Shown here piece after piece: positions 47,996 through 57,272 of a stretch of DNA of 64,000 bases (the first letter of the stretch is position 1; the number at the start of each line of letters is the position of its first letter). The stretch lies in the sequence record NC_048053.1; one strand, written 5' to 3'. A program made the position numbers and the translations under genes. A model generated the notes under the pieces. The model ran no database searches. It was given only the letters and a program-made list of their open reading frames with translations, and was not told where the DNA came from.

Positions 47996-49612
47996 ATGGC
48001 AATTGCAACCTCTACCAAACTGATCGGCAAAAACATCGTTCTGCTGGACGGCACCAAAACCAAAATCACTGACGCAATGGCAACTGGTTACAAAGTTGCT
48101 GATCGTTCTGTTCGTGTTGCGTCAAAACAAGTTGCTAAGAAAGGCGCTTGCTATTATGAGATTCCGGTTACGTCTCTGCGTGAACTGATCGATTCCGGTG
48201 AAGGTTACGTTTCTTTCGCTGACAAAGCGATGCAGAAAAAAGTTGGCACTGACGCTTTCCTCGAAAAGCCTGCTAAAACTTCTGGCCGCAAACCGAAAGA
48301 AGAAAAATCTTCCGGTCGCAAACCTAAAGAAGAGAAAACTTCTAACGTGCGTCCGAAACGTGGCAGCAAACCTACCAAAGAAGAAGACGACGCCGAAGAT
48401 AAAGCGTCCCGCCGTGTTAAACGTCGCGGCAATAGCGATGCAGGTTACGGCGCTCTGGCTGAGTTTCTGATCAACGGCGGTAACAGCAAGAAGAAAGTTT
48501 CCCTTGCTGCTATCGATCAGGATCTGGCAACCGTTCTTACTGAACGTCTGGTTAGCACGGTAAAAGAAACTTCGCTGGCGAAATTCGACGGCAACAACGC
48601 AATGATTCAAAACGCATTCGATGTTGGTTACTCAACTGAATTCGATGCTACTGGCGGCGACGTTCGCGTAACACTGAACATCAAATACGCGCTGGAACAG
48701 CCTGAGCCGGAAGAAGTAAACGGTGGTTTCGAAATTTCTCCGGAACTGGCGAAGAAAATCAAAGCGCGTGTTGGTAAAACCGTTGGTAAGAAACTCGCGG
48801 CTGCAATCGCTGAACACCTCGGCGTTGAAGCGTCCGATATGACGGCTGGTACTCTCCTGTCGCGTGAGGGTGAAGATGGTCAGTTTGTTTTCTGTGGCGC
48901 AAGCGGCGAAGACAATAACAAAGCTGTACTGTTTAACACCGAAAGCGAAAAATTCCGCACTGTAGGCGGCGCTTCTCTGGCTAACTACTCTATCGTTGAG
49001 GAAGACGAAGAGGAAGAAGAGTCTGAGGAAGAAGAGGAAGAAGAGATTGAGGAAGAGGAAACCGAAGAAGAGGAAGACGACGCCGAAGGCGAAGACGATT
49101 CCGAAGACGGTGATGACGATTCCGAAGACGGTGACGATGACGCAGAAGGCGAAGATGACGAGGAAGATTCTTTCGAATACGCTTCCGTAAATAAAAAGCA
49201 ACTCGCTAATGTGAACAAAAAAATCACGTCTAAAAATCTGCCGATGCTGTCTAAACTGTGGCGCGTTCCGCAAAGCGCTCTGGTCACTGGCCTGAAACTG
49301 ACTGATGGTGATGATACTTTCATCTTCATTGGTATGGATGATGACGGCGATCTGCTGGTAGTTGAAGAAGGCGCGAAAGAAGTTGTTGCGTTTGACGCTG
49401 ACGATATTCAAAGCCTGTCTGATTACTCTCCGGTTGTTGGTGAAGCAGAAGACGACGCAGAAGGCGAAGACGAAGACTTCGAAGATGACGGCGAAGATTA
49501 CGACGACATGGACATTGAAGAACTGCGCGATGTTGTAGTTCAGAAAGGTCTGGCAAAAGTTCGCGCCGCCGAAAACATGACGGAGAAAAAACTCCGCTCA
49601 CTGCTGAAATAA
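47996..49612 (+). CDS. multidomain acidic protein: N-terminal beta domain, K-rich repeats, duplicated beta domains, D/E tracts, C-terminal HeH-like module
   Basis: AGGAG Shine-Dalgarno, 538 aa, strongly biased codon usage. Confidence 0.8.
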   Translation: MAIATSTKLIGKNIVLLDGTKTKITDAMATGYKVADRSVRVASKQVAKKGACYYEIPVTSLRELIDSGEGYVSFADKAMQKKVGTDAFLEKPAKTSGRKPKEEKSSGRKPKEEKTSNVRPKRGSKPTKEEDDAEDKASRRVKRRGNSDAGYGALAEFLINGGNSKKKVSLAAIDQDLATVLTERLVSTVKETSLAKFDGNNAMIQNAFDVGYSTEFDATGGDVRVTLNIKYALEQPEPEEVNGGFEISPELAKKIKARVGKTVGKKLAAAIAEHLGVEASDMTAGTLLSREGEDGQFVFCGASGEDNNKAVLFNTESEKFRTVGGASLANYSIVEEDEEEEESEEEEEEEIEEEETEEEEDDAEGEDDSEDGDDDSEDGDDDAEGEDDEEDSFEYASVNKKQLANVNKKITSKNLPMLSKLWRVPQSALVTGLKLTDGDDTFIFIGMDDDGDLLVVEEGAKEVVAFDADDIQSLSDYSPVVGEAEDDAEGEDEDFEDDGEDYDDMDIEELRDVVVQKGLAKVRAAENMTEKKLRSLLK

Positions 49613-49678
49613 AAACTAACGGATTGGCGCGGTATTTCTGCCGCGCTTCCTCAACCTCTTTTAAAGATTCAAGGAAAA

Positions 49679-50614
49679 ATGAAAATGGCTATCACTCCTA
49701 ACAAAGATCTGATTAACGTTGTTGTTCGTTTGCTGGATGGTAAAACTTCTCGCATTACTGGTATTACCAAAACCGGTTACACTGTCGAAGGCGTCGATAA
49801 ACAAATTCCGATGACGGAACTTGTGCGCAAAGGCCGCGTGTTGCAGCAAATCGATCCGGCGAAGCTGAAAGATCTTCCGGCTAATCAAACCTATCTGATG
49901 AGCGACGGCTATTTGCATATCCACACTCGCGATGCAATGCGGCGCATCAAGAAAGGCGAAACCGTTGATATCCCGCCGTCAAAAACTGAATGGCAGCGCA
50001 AAACTAAAACGGTGAAAATTGTGAAACCGAAAGGCGAAGTGAAGCCGAAAAAGATTACGCCGAACAAACCTGTTCGTGCTGATGTGTCGAAAGTTAAAAC
50101 CGCTCCAAAGCGTTTGAAAACTGACGCGCAGAAAACGAAAAAGGCTGTCACAAAATCTGTGACTAAATCAACTCCGGTTGATCGTACCGCCGAAACTACT
50201 GAGACGTTGTTCTTAGTTATCGAAAATGCTCGCTCGAATCGCAAAGCGTTCAAAGAGTTTAAAAATATCGTTTCAACTGCAATCGGCGTTACGGCAAAAG
50301 ATCTGCCGGATACTGCAAACGAGATCATCGAAAAATTCGGTGCTGCGAAAGTACGCAAAGGTCTGGCGGCGCTCTCTGAGCATTTTAATCGCCGTCGCGC
50401 AGAATTAAGTCTGCCGCGTAGTCTGAAAGCGTTTATCGCAAGCGGTCGTTTGACTCTGACTCCTGCGCAATTACGTCAGGTGTTGGAAGTGATTGCTCCG
50501 ACAATTCCGAAAGAAGTTGTTGCTGATGTTGTGAAATATTATTTCAGCGGCGAATTCTTTATCGGCAAAACTCCGGATCGCAACACTCCGAAAAAAGTTA
50601 ACGGTGGTAATTAA
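49679..50614 (+). CDS. basic K-rich protein whose N-terminal domain is paralogous to the upstream gene
   Basis: VRLLDGKTSRITGITKTGYTV vs IVLLDGTKTKITDAMATGYKV. Confidence 0.75.
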   Translation: MKMAITPNKDLINVVVRLLDGKTSRITGITKTGYTVEGVDKQIPMTELVRKGRVLQQIDPAKLKDLPANQTYLMSDGYLHIHTRDAMRRIKKGETVDIPPSKTEWQRKTKTVKIVKPKGEVKPKKITPNKPVRADVSKVKTAPKRLKTDAQKTKKAVTKSVTKSTPVDRTAETTETLFLVIENARSNRKAFKEFKNIVSTAIGVTAKDLPDTANEIIEKFGAAKVRKGLAALSEHFNRRRAELSLPRSLKAFIASGRLTLTPAQLRQVLEVIAPTIPKEVVADVVKYYFSGEFFIGKTPDRNTPKKVNGGN

Positions 50615-50988
50615 TGGAAAAATCTGACGTGATCGTTAACGGAATCTTCGGTCAGGTTTATTCTCGGCTTGTTCTCGCCGCAACGCAACGCGTTCTTGTT
50701 TATTACAATGAACTGTGTCCTGTTGTTTTCGGTATTCAGTTTTCAAAAATGAATAAAGAACAGGCCGATGTGATTTGGGATATTCTGATCGAAACAATGC
50801 GTATGGACGCGAAGGCGGGGCGGCTTCCACTTGCCGCTCTTTATATCTCACGCAAATATGAAAAGAAACCCGGCGCAGGCTTTTGGTCTGCATATCACAC
50901 ACTATACGGCACTGCAATCTCGGAAGATGAGTGGTCTGAACTTGTGGAAAAAATCTGGAATTCTTATTCCATGCAGGAACGATCATGA
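50614..50988 (+). CDS. hypothetical protein, possible winged-helix DNA-binding domain
   Basis: VYYNEL...RLPLAALYISRK..KKPGAGFW...EKIW resembles the P.LS..VV......PG.GF wHTH pattern. Confidence 0.45.
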   Translation: MEKSDVIVNGIFGQVYSRLVLAATQRVLVYYNELCPVVFGIQFSKMNKEQADVIWDILIETMRMDAKAGRLPLAALYISRKYEKKPGAGFWSAYHTLYGTAISEDEWSELVEKIWNSYSMQERS

Positions 50989-51461
50989 AAAAGAAATCTG
51001 CTCCGAAAATACCGCGCTCGAAAGTAGTGCCTCCTAGCGAGCGTGCTGAAATGGAACAACTCGTTGCCTACTATCTCTCATCGGTAGGTAACAGCATGAC
51101 GATGGTAACGCAGTTAACGTTTTTCAACGTCACGAACTACTGGCACATGACGGATATACACGATCCCGAAGCGTCCACGCCGAAGAATCACAAACTTCTG
51201 CGTGAGATAACGCAAAAGCTGAACAAATACTGTAAAGATAATGGGAAGCCTCTTTCTTTGCTTCCGTTGCCAGATCAGCCCGGCGTTGAATTAAACGGCG
51301 AAACTGTTGTGGTGCTTCCGTGGGAATTTTTGAATACTGCGGAGTCGCGTCAAGCTGTTGATGCGTTATTTGAAATGGTATCTGCAAATGGTAATACAGA
51401 TCTGGTTGCAGATGCTGATCTGAGGGATAAATATGTTTTTAGGGCACCTACTGACGTTTGA
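50985..51461 (+). CDS. hypothetical protein
   Basis: ATGA overlap. Confidence 0.65.
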   Translation: MKKKSAPKIPRSKVVPPSERAEMEQLVAYYLSSVGNSMTMVTQLTFFNVTNYWHMTDIHDPEASTPKNHKLLREITQKLNKYCKDNGKPLSLLPLPDQPGVELNGETVVVLPWEFLNTAESRQAVDALFEMVSANGNTDLVADADLRDKYVFRAPTDV

Positions 51462-52701
51462 AGATCGTCAAAAGCTGTTAAAACTTTATGGCTGGAAAAT
51501 CATTGATACCTCTCCCAAGTATCTTGAAACTTCCAAAATGGTTTGTGGCGTTCGCCACGTTCGAACCAAGTACGGTGCGCGTGAACAAGTGTACGATGTT
51601 TTGTTTCCGCGCATTCGTGCAAAAACGGTTCTGCGTTTGTTTAAAAACTTGCGCCGTGGTCAACGTGGAATTCTGCTTGAAGAACTTTCAATTCTGTTTG
51701 AGTTGGGATTGGGTGTTCCGAAGCAGAAACAAATCGCCGATTATATCCTGCATCTTAACGATGTGGATGATCCAGAAGTCGGGATTAAGTACATTGGCAA
51801 ACTGATAAAACAGTATATCGCCAATTACAAGTTTTCGATGGATGATCATGATTACATGTACTGCGCTCAATTCACTGAGCAATTGTTGCTGATGAAGAAA
51901 TTCATCGGGAAGACGAAACAGAATGTGAAGAAATCTGTGCGCGTTCCGGAAGGAAAGCCGTGTGTCATGGTTTACTCACTAACTGATTTCAACGGTGCGA
52001 AATTCAGTTTGGTAGATGCTTACGCTTTCTCATCAAACGGTTTTCCGATACCGATTTCAACATCTGTGATGCGAAAAGAGTTTGGTGCTGTTCCGCGCCA
52101 GTTTAACAGCTACGCGTTGAAGTCGCACGGACAGTATATGTTGGTTTTCGGCATTCTGTATTGGAACGAAGACGGCGAAGAAAACTTCCAGCACATGCAG
52201 ACGCTGGACGATGATGAATACGAAGTTCTGGTTGACCATTACGATAAGTATTGTTCGAAAGAACTTCTTGCGGCTCGCAAGTACCGCAACGTTGATCGTG
52301 AAGTGCATAACGCTCATCGTCACGCAATCGAAGTTCTGGCAGTGAAAGAAGACGCAACCAAAAAAGAAAGGCGTTTGGTGCGCGAAGCGGAAACCTATTT
52401 CGCTGAACGTGATAAAGCTGTAAAGCAACTATCACGATTGGAACGAAAGGCCGCAAGCAAACTTGCTGAATCTGGTCCGGTTGCTTCTGCTAAGTTCTTT
52501 GCTCTCGATATCGGGGCAATTGGAATTAGTCGTAAGCTGCGTACATTGGTTAGCACTCCGCCGGAAGTCCTCGCGAAAAGTTTAAACGCTTGGGGATTCA
52601 CAACGGCGCTGTCTGCGAATCATAAATGTCTATCGTCTCGGATCTATTACGGCGTAACTTCTACGCGCCGTAGCTGGCAAATTGAAACGGAGAAAAAATA
52701 A
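51433..52701 (+). CDS. hypothetical protein
   Basis: GAGG Shine-Dalgarno, 422 aa. Confidence 0.7.
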   Translation: MFLGHLLTFEDRQKLLKLYGWKIIDTSPKYLETSKMVCGVRHVRTKYGAREQVYDVLFPRIRAKTVLRLFKNLRRGQRGILLEELSILFELGLGVPKQKQIADYILHLNDVDDPEVGIKYIGKLIKQYIANYKFSMDDHDYMYCAQFTEQLLLMKKFIGKTKQNVKKSVRVPEGKPCVMVYSLTDFNGAKFSLVDAYAFSSNGFPIPISTSVMRKEFGAVPRQFNSYALKSHGQYMLVFGILYWNEDGEENFQHMQTLDDDEYEVLVDHYDKYCSKELLAARKYRNVDREVHNAHRHAIEVLAVKEDATKKERRLVREAETYFAERDKAVKQLSRLERKAASKLAESGPVASAKFFALDIGAIGISRKLRTLVSTPPEVLAKSLNAWGFTTALSANHKCLSSRIYYGVTSTRRSWQIETEKK

Positions 52702-55661
52702 TGAATTCCTCTCAAACTTTTGGAACGGCGTCGCACACTGCATCTGTTACCGATCAGAATCTGAATGCAGGTTCTCCGGCAACTAAAAGCACGGTAATTG
52801 TGGTGCTGTGTCCGACTGTAAACGGCAACCAAATTTTCCGTGCGGAAAATAACGGTAATGTTTCTCAAACTGTCGCGCAGGGTAAAGCTCTCAATCGTCT
52901 GACAGATCTTCTGTCGATGGCGGGGGATAACGCTGGTCATGAACTGATGAGCGCTGCCGCTTCTATTGATGAGCGCTGCAAGCTGAAAGACAGTGCTGCG
53001 ATGATTCTCCGCTATACTGTAAATGGTAGTGTAGAGCGTCTCCAGAAAACTCTGTCTGAGGCGTTGTTTAAGGTCGGCGAAAAAGCTGCAAATGATAATA
53101 CTACGTTAGCGTCGTATGCCAGTCGTTTTGGTGTTCATGCAATCGCAGTATCTGCGGAAAGTAATTCTTACGCAGTCGTTACAGCGATTCGTGATCAACT
53201 GGAAGCGTTCGACCGCAACGAAAGCAATTTTGTTGTTGCGCAGAAAGCAAGTGTTGAGCAAATCAATGCTCCGGTTATCGACTGGTCTGCAACTTCCGCA
53301 AATGTTGTTCTGGAAGGTGCTGCGTTAAGTTTTGTAGTTCGCTCGGAAAAAACCCGCGTGAATTTCCTGATTAATCCTATTAAGGGGAATAATGTTGTGA
53401 GTAACGATCAGAAAGCTCTGTCTGTTTTCAGCCGCGAGAATCAGGCTTCCGTAACTATGGAAGAAAAAGTCGCTGCACTTGAAGCACTCGGTTACGATCT
53501 CGGCGCTATGCCGGATGAAGAGATCGCGCTGTCTTATGATAGCGAGCGTGTTGATTTTCTGGAAGGCGCAGGTGTTGAAGTGAATTCCAGCGACGAAGGC
53601 GAAACTGACGACGCCGAAGAAGGTGAAGAAGAATCCGAAGAAGGTGAAGAGGAAGAGGAAGAAGAAGACGAAGAAGAATTCTCCGCTTCTGAAACTCTGG
53701 CAGAAATTCTGACTAACGCCCAACTGGATCGCGCTCAACTGAAAAAGCTGGTGTTCCTCGCAGGTGGTAAAGTGTTTACCACTGACACCGAAGAAAGTCT
53801 GACGGTGAAACTGCTGGAACTGGTCGAAGAAAAAGACTACAGCGAATTCTTCCAGTTTGCGCTGGACGCTAACGAACGTCTCGGCGGCGTTGATGGCTTT
53901 GCTGACTTCCTGCACGCGGAAAGCGTTCTGGCTACCGACGAAGATGAGGACGACGAAGGCGAAGAAGGCGAAGAAGGCGAAGACGAGGATGATTCTGATG
54001 AAGATGATTCCGAAGACGAAGACGAAGATGATTCTGGCGAAGACGAAGGTGAAGACGAAGATGATTCCGAAGAAGATCTTTCTTTCAACGCTGTGGTAGA
54101 ATTCATCGAACTTATCGGCGGCGATCTGAATCGCGAAGTAATTCGCGCAATTGCTCGCTCCGAAAGTTTCGGCCTGAAAACTTACAAGAACGAAGACGCT
54201 GCTGCGATTTTCGAACGTGTAGTTGAAGTGCTGAACAACAACGAAATCTCTCCGGAAGATTTCGAACAACTGATTCACGATCTGGCGCAGATTGAAGTTG
54301 TTGCCGATGCGTATCCGGAATGGGCTGAGTACGAAGTCAATCCGACGGACTACACTGAACTGTTTGCCTACGAAGGCGGTTCTCTGACTCACGAACAGCG
54401 CGTTGCAGCGCTGGAAGCTGCCGGAAACGATCTCGAAGGTATGGGCATGGTTGCCGTGCTGAAACTTTTCGAAGACTATCGCCGTGAAAATGGTTACGGT
54501 CAGGAAAGTGAAGAAGCCGAAGACGAAACCTATGCGCTGGATTCCGGTGAAGGTGAAACCGACGACGAAGGCGAAGAAGCTGGCGACGAAGAATCCGAAG
54601 AGTCGGAAGAAGAATCTGAGGAAGAAGAATCCGAAGACGAAAACGACGAAGCGTTTGTTTCTGAATCTTCTGAAAACGATCTCGGTACTTTCCTGCGTGT
54701 GCGTCAGGAACAAATGCTGTTGGTCAACTTCGCGCTGACTGATCGCAGTACCTTCGAAGATCTCGCCGAAGAACTTCGCGACCAGAACGGTGTTGATTAT
54801 CGTGTACCAATCAACATGAACGACGAAGCAGAAGGTTCTATGTACCTGCCGCTGACTGTCGCGAGCGATTTGCTGTCCGGTTCCGCTGCGCTTCCGTTTA
54901 TGTCTGATCGCAAAACTTTCAACGTAGAAGATTACGCTGAAAAAATGGCTAACACTATGCGCGGTCAAATCTCGGCGCTGCTGTATGAAGGCCGTCTGGA
55001 AGCTGGACAAGATCCGTATACTAGCGGTTTAGTCCTCGGTGATTTCGTCGAAGATGAAGACGAAGATCTGAATGAGGATGAACTGAGTTCGGAATATCTG
55101 AGCGAACTGGTTGGCGATCATATTCCGATGGCTTCTCTGTATAACGCACATGTTGGCGTGCGTCCGGTTGTTGTCGATACCGAAAGCACTGTTTTGAACA
55201 CTATCGTTCTTAACATTGCAATGCCTTGCATTTGGGGCATCGGCAAGAAGAAAGTAAAAGATCTGGTAATCAGCACTTACAATCGTGTGCTTGCGCACAT
55301 CGGCGAAACTGATATTAAAGTCTATGTCGGTTTCACCCTGAATGCTGGTTCTCTGGTTTCTGATGAAAACCTGCAATCGGTTGTTCGCTCTGTCGGCGAA
55401 ATGGCGAGTGAAGAAATCGCTGTTCACTCCTTCACTACCAACGATGTTCAACGCATCGAAGAAAGTGAAGATCTGGTTGAAGCTGCGCATTCTGTCGGCA
55501 CTGAAAATCTGCCGCTGGCGCTGTTGTCCTCCGGTATCGCTGACGCTGCATTTGCGAACGGCGGTGATCTGATTGTTATCCTGTCTCCTGTTGGTGACAG
55601 TGACGACGAAGATGATTCTGACTCTGATGAAGATGAAGATGAAGACGAGTCCGAAGAGTAA
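52701..55661 (+). CDS. very large acidic protein with repeated helical modules and D/E tracts
   Basis: 986 aa. Repeats EEKVAALEALGYDL / EQRVAALEAAGNDL, plus HeH-like LDRAQLKKLV and LNREVIRAIA segments. Confidence 0.8.
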   Translation: MNSSQTFGTASHTASVTDQNLNAGSPATKSTVIVVLCPTVNGNQIFRAENNGNVSQTVAQGKALNRLTDLLSMAGDNAGHELMSAAASIDERCKLKDSAAMILRYTVNGSVERLQKTLSEALFKVGEKAANDNTTLASYASRFGVHAIAVSAESNSYAVVTAIRDQLEAFDRNESNFVVAQKASVEQINAPVIDWSATSANVVLEGAALSFVVRSEKTRVNFLINPIKGNNVVSNDQKALSVFSRENQASVTMEEKVAALEALGYDLGAMPDEEIALSYDSERVDFLEGAGVEVNSSDEGETDDAEEGEEESEEGEEEEEEEDEEEFSASETLAEILTNAQLDRAQLKKLVFLAGGKVFTTDTEESLTVKLLELVEEKDYSEFFQFALDANERLGGVDGFADFLHAESVLATDEDEDDEGEEGEEGEDEDDSDEDDSEDEDEDDSGEDEGEDEDDSEEDLSFNAVVEFIELIGGDLNREVIRAIARSESFGLKTYKNEDAAAIFERVVEVLNNNEISPEDFEQLIHDLAQIEVVADAYPEWAEYEVNPTDYTELFAYEGGSLTHEQRVAALEAAGNDLEGMGMVAVLKLFEDYRRENGYGQESEEAEDETYALDSGEGETDDEGEEAGDEESEESEEESEEEESEDENDEAFVSESSENDLGTFLRVRQEQMLLVNFALTDRSTFEDLAEELRDQNGVDYRVPINMNDEAEGSMYLPLTVASDLLSGSAALPFMSDRKTFNVEDYAEKMANTMRGQISALLYEGRLEAGQDPYTSGLVLGDFVEDEDEDLNEDELSSEYLSELVGDHIPMASLYNAHVGVRPVVVDTESTVLNTIVLNIAMPCIWGIGKKKVKDLVISTYNRVLAHIGETDIKVYVGFTLNAGSLVSDENLQSVVRSVGEMASEEIAVHSFTTNDVQRIEESEDLVEAAHSVGTENLPLALLSSGIADAAFANGGDLIVILSPVGDSDDEDDSDSDEDEDEDESEE

Positions 55662-55671
55662 TCTGTAAATA
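55661..55671 (+). promoter_or_regulatory. CTGTAAATA motif upstream of the coiled-coil gene
   Basis: Intergenic, immediately after a stop codon. Confidence 0.55.
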
Positions 55672-55716
55672 AATGGTGTAGGGCGAAATGCCTTGCACCA
55701 TTTTTAAGGATTCCCA

Positions 55717-56469
55717 ATGTCTGATACGCAACTTGAAGTTTTACATCGGACACTATTTTCAACGCGTCAGTCACTTGATGATAATATCATGGCACGTCGC
55801 GCAACCGAAAAGGTGTTGGATGAGCGCCTGAGTGAATTAGGCCGTTGTCAGGTTCAACTGAGTATTGCTCAAGAGCGAATTCTGAATCTCCAGACTGAAT
55901 ATAATAATGTTGTGGAGAATTCGGAAATCAAAGCGAAGGCTATGGAAGAAACTTTCCGTACCTCCGAAGCAAAACTGAAAGAAGAAATAGTAATTCTGAA
56001 CGACAAGATTTCGGAACTGCGTGCGCTCTGCCGTGATATGCCGGAAACTCCTGCGGAACATTTGCTGGAAAACGTACTGCATAAAACTATGGCGCATCTG
56101 CATTCAACTGTGGTCTATTTCGCTGCCCTCACGTTGAATTCCAATCCGCAATCTCTGGCTGGTAAAGAGTTGCTCGCGCTGACGAAAAAGCAAACGCTGA
56201 ATCCGGGCAAATTGTTTTCTCTATCTGTAAAGGAAAAGCAGATAGTTCTCGAAAACATTCGTTCGTTTGTGCAAGCAGAACTTGATAATTCTGAATACAC
56301 AAACATCCGTGCGGTAATTAATGCAATGACCGCCTCGGACAAATCGTGGAAGACGTTTCGCGATTGCCTGAAAAATTCTAAGGTGCTTTATTCCCTCGCA
56401 TCTGACAAACTGGAGTTTGACTCTGCGGTAAACGCGGTCGTTGAATTCATTCTTGAACAATTGAAGTAA
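55717..56469 (+). CDS. coiled-coil protein
   Basis: Heptad-rich N-terminal half. AAGGA Shine-Dalgarno. Confidence 0.7.
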   Translation: MSDTQLEVLHRTLFSTRQSLDDNIMARRATEKVLDERLSELGRCQVQLSIAQERILNLQTEYNNVVENSEIKAKAMEETFRTSEAKLKEEIVILNDKISELRALCRDMPETPAEHLLENVLHKTMAHLHSTVVYFAALTLNSNPQSLAGKELLALTKKQTLNPGKLFSLSVKEKQIVLENIRSFVQAELDNSEYTNIRAVINAMTASDKSWKTFRDCLKNSKVLYSLASDKLEFDSAVNAVVEFILEQLK

Positions 56470-56491
56470 TGAACTGGAGTTCGAAATAATC

Positions 56492-57067
56492 ATGGCTAAA
56501 TCCAAGTCCACCTCACTGGTTCCGAAACGTATTGACCGCATCACGAAAAAAGCTGGCGCGATTGCGCAGGTCAAATCTAAACAAACTGATCTGGCTCACG
56601 ATATCGAAATCTCGACTCGTGGCGCACACGAAGTTTCAGGTTTCGTAATCGAAACTACTGCTGACGGTAGCGTAACCATTCGCCACAAAAAAGGCGCTGG
56701 TAGCTCCAAACAGATCGTAAGCACGTTCACCAAAAACCAAATCATTAGCTTTATCGGTGAAGCTGGTGAAATGGGTCAACTGCTGGTTGACGCATACATG
56801 GTTGTTCAGGTGATTCGCGGTCAAACTGTAAAAGTTAAAGACGATGTGATTGTTGCAACTGATATTCAGACTGGCGAAGTCACTCGCATTGCAACCAACA
56901 TTCCGGGCTACGACGTTCGTGCAATTGTTGACGAGGCTGTTGCTTCTAAAAAGTACGGCACTCCGGTTGCATCCGAAAAGAAAAAAGGCGCTAAGGCAGA
57001 AAAAATTGCCAAAGGCGGCAAAGATAAGTCCGGTAAAAAGAAAAAGAAGTCTGACGAAAACTTCTAA
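56492..57067 (+). CDS. basic beta-rich protein with Lys-rich tail (possible nucleic-acid binder)
   Basis: GGAG Shine-Dalgarno, strongly biased codon usage, K-rich C-terminus. Confidence 0.7.
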   Translation: MAKSKSTSLVPKRIDRITKKAGAIAQVKSKQTDLAHDIEISTRGAHEVSGFVIETTADGSVTIRHKKGAGSSKQIVSTFTKNQIISFIGEAGEMGQLLVDAYMVVQVIRGQTVKVKDDVIVATDIQTGEVTRIATNIPGYDVRAIVDEAVASKKYGTPVASEKKKGAKAEKIAKGGKDKSGKKKKKSDENF

Positions 57068-57083
57068 TTCGGTTCCGGCCTGA

Positions 57084-57220
57084 ATCTGTAAAGTAACGTT
57101 GAAGGACAGAATCTGTAAATCAATTCTGTCAGACAGAAACTGTAAACAGTGAATGTCAAACGCCACTGATTAATTTCGGTGGCGTCAGTTAAAAACATTT
57201 TTCTCTTAATCTGTAAATAG
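57084..57220 (+). promoter_or_regulatory. array of four CTGTAAA motifs (57086, 57113, 57140, 57211)
   Basis: First three are spaced exactly 27 bp apart. Confidence 0.65.
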
Positions 57221-57272
57221 TAATTGAACAAAGCGTTCATTACTGAACTTTCCTAAAAGGATAAAATGAATC

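Noticed and set aside
29150-53025. Intragenic TGTAAA matches (e.g. 29154, 30373, 52816, 53017)
   Set aside because: They lie inside coding sequences and are explainable by chance or codon use, so they were not counted as promoters.
53325-55010. 561 aa minus-strand ORF (also 7406..8422, 48632..49411, 3827..4360 and others)
   Set aside because: These are antisense shadows of codon-biased + strand genes. Their F/V/I or poly-Ser composition mirrors the sense GAA/GAT codons, and they lack Shine-Dalgarno sites.
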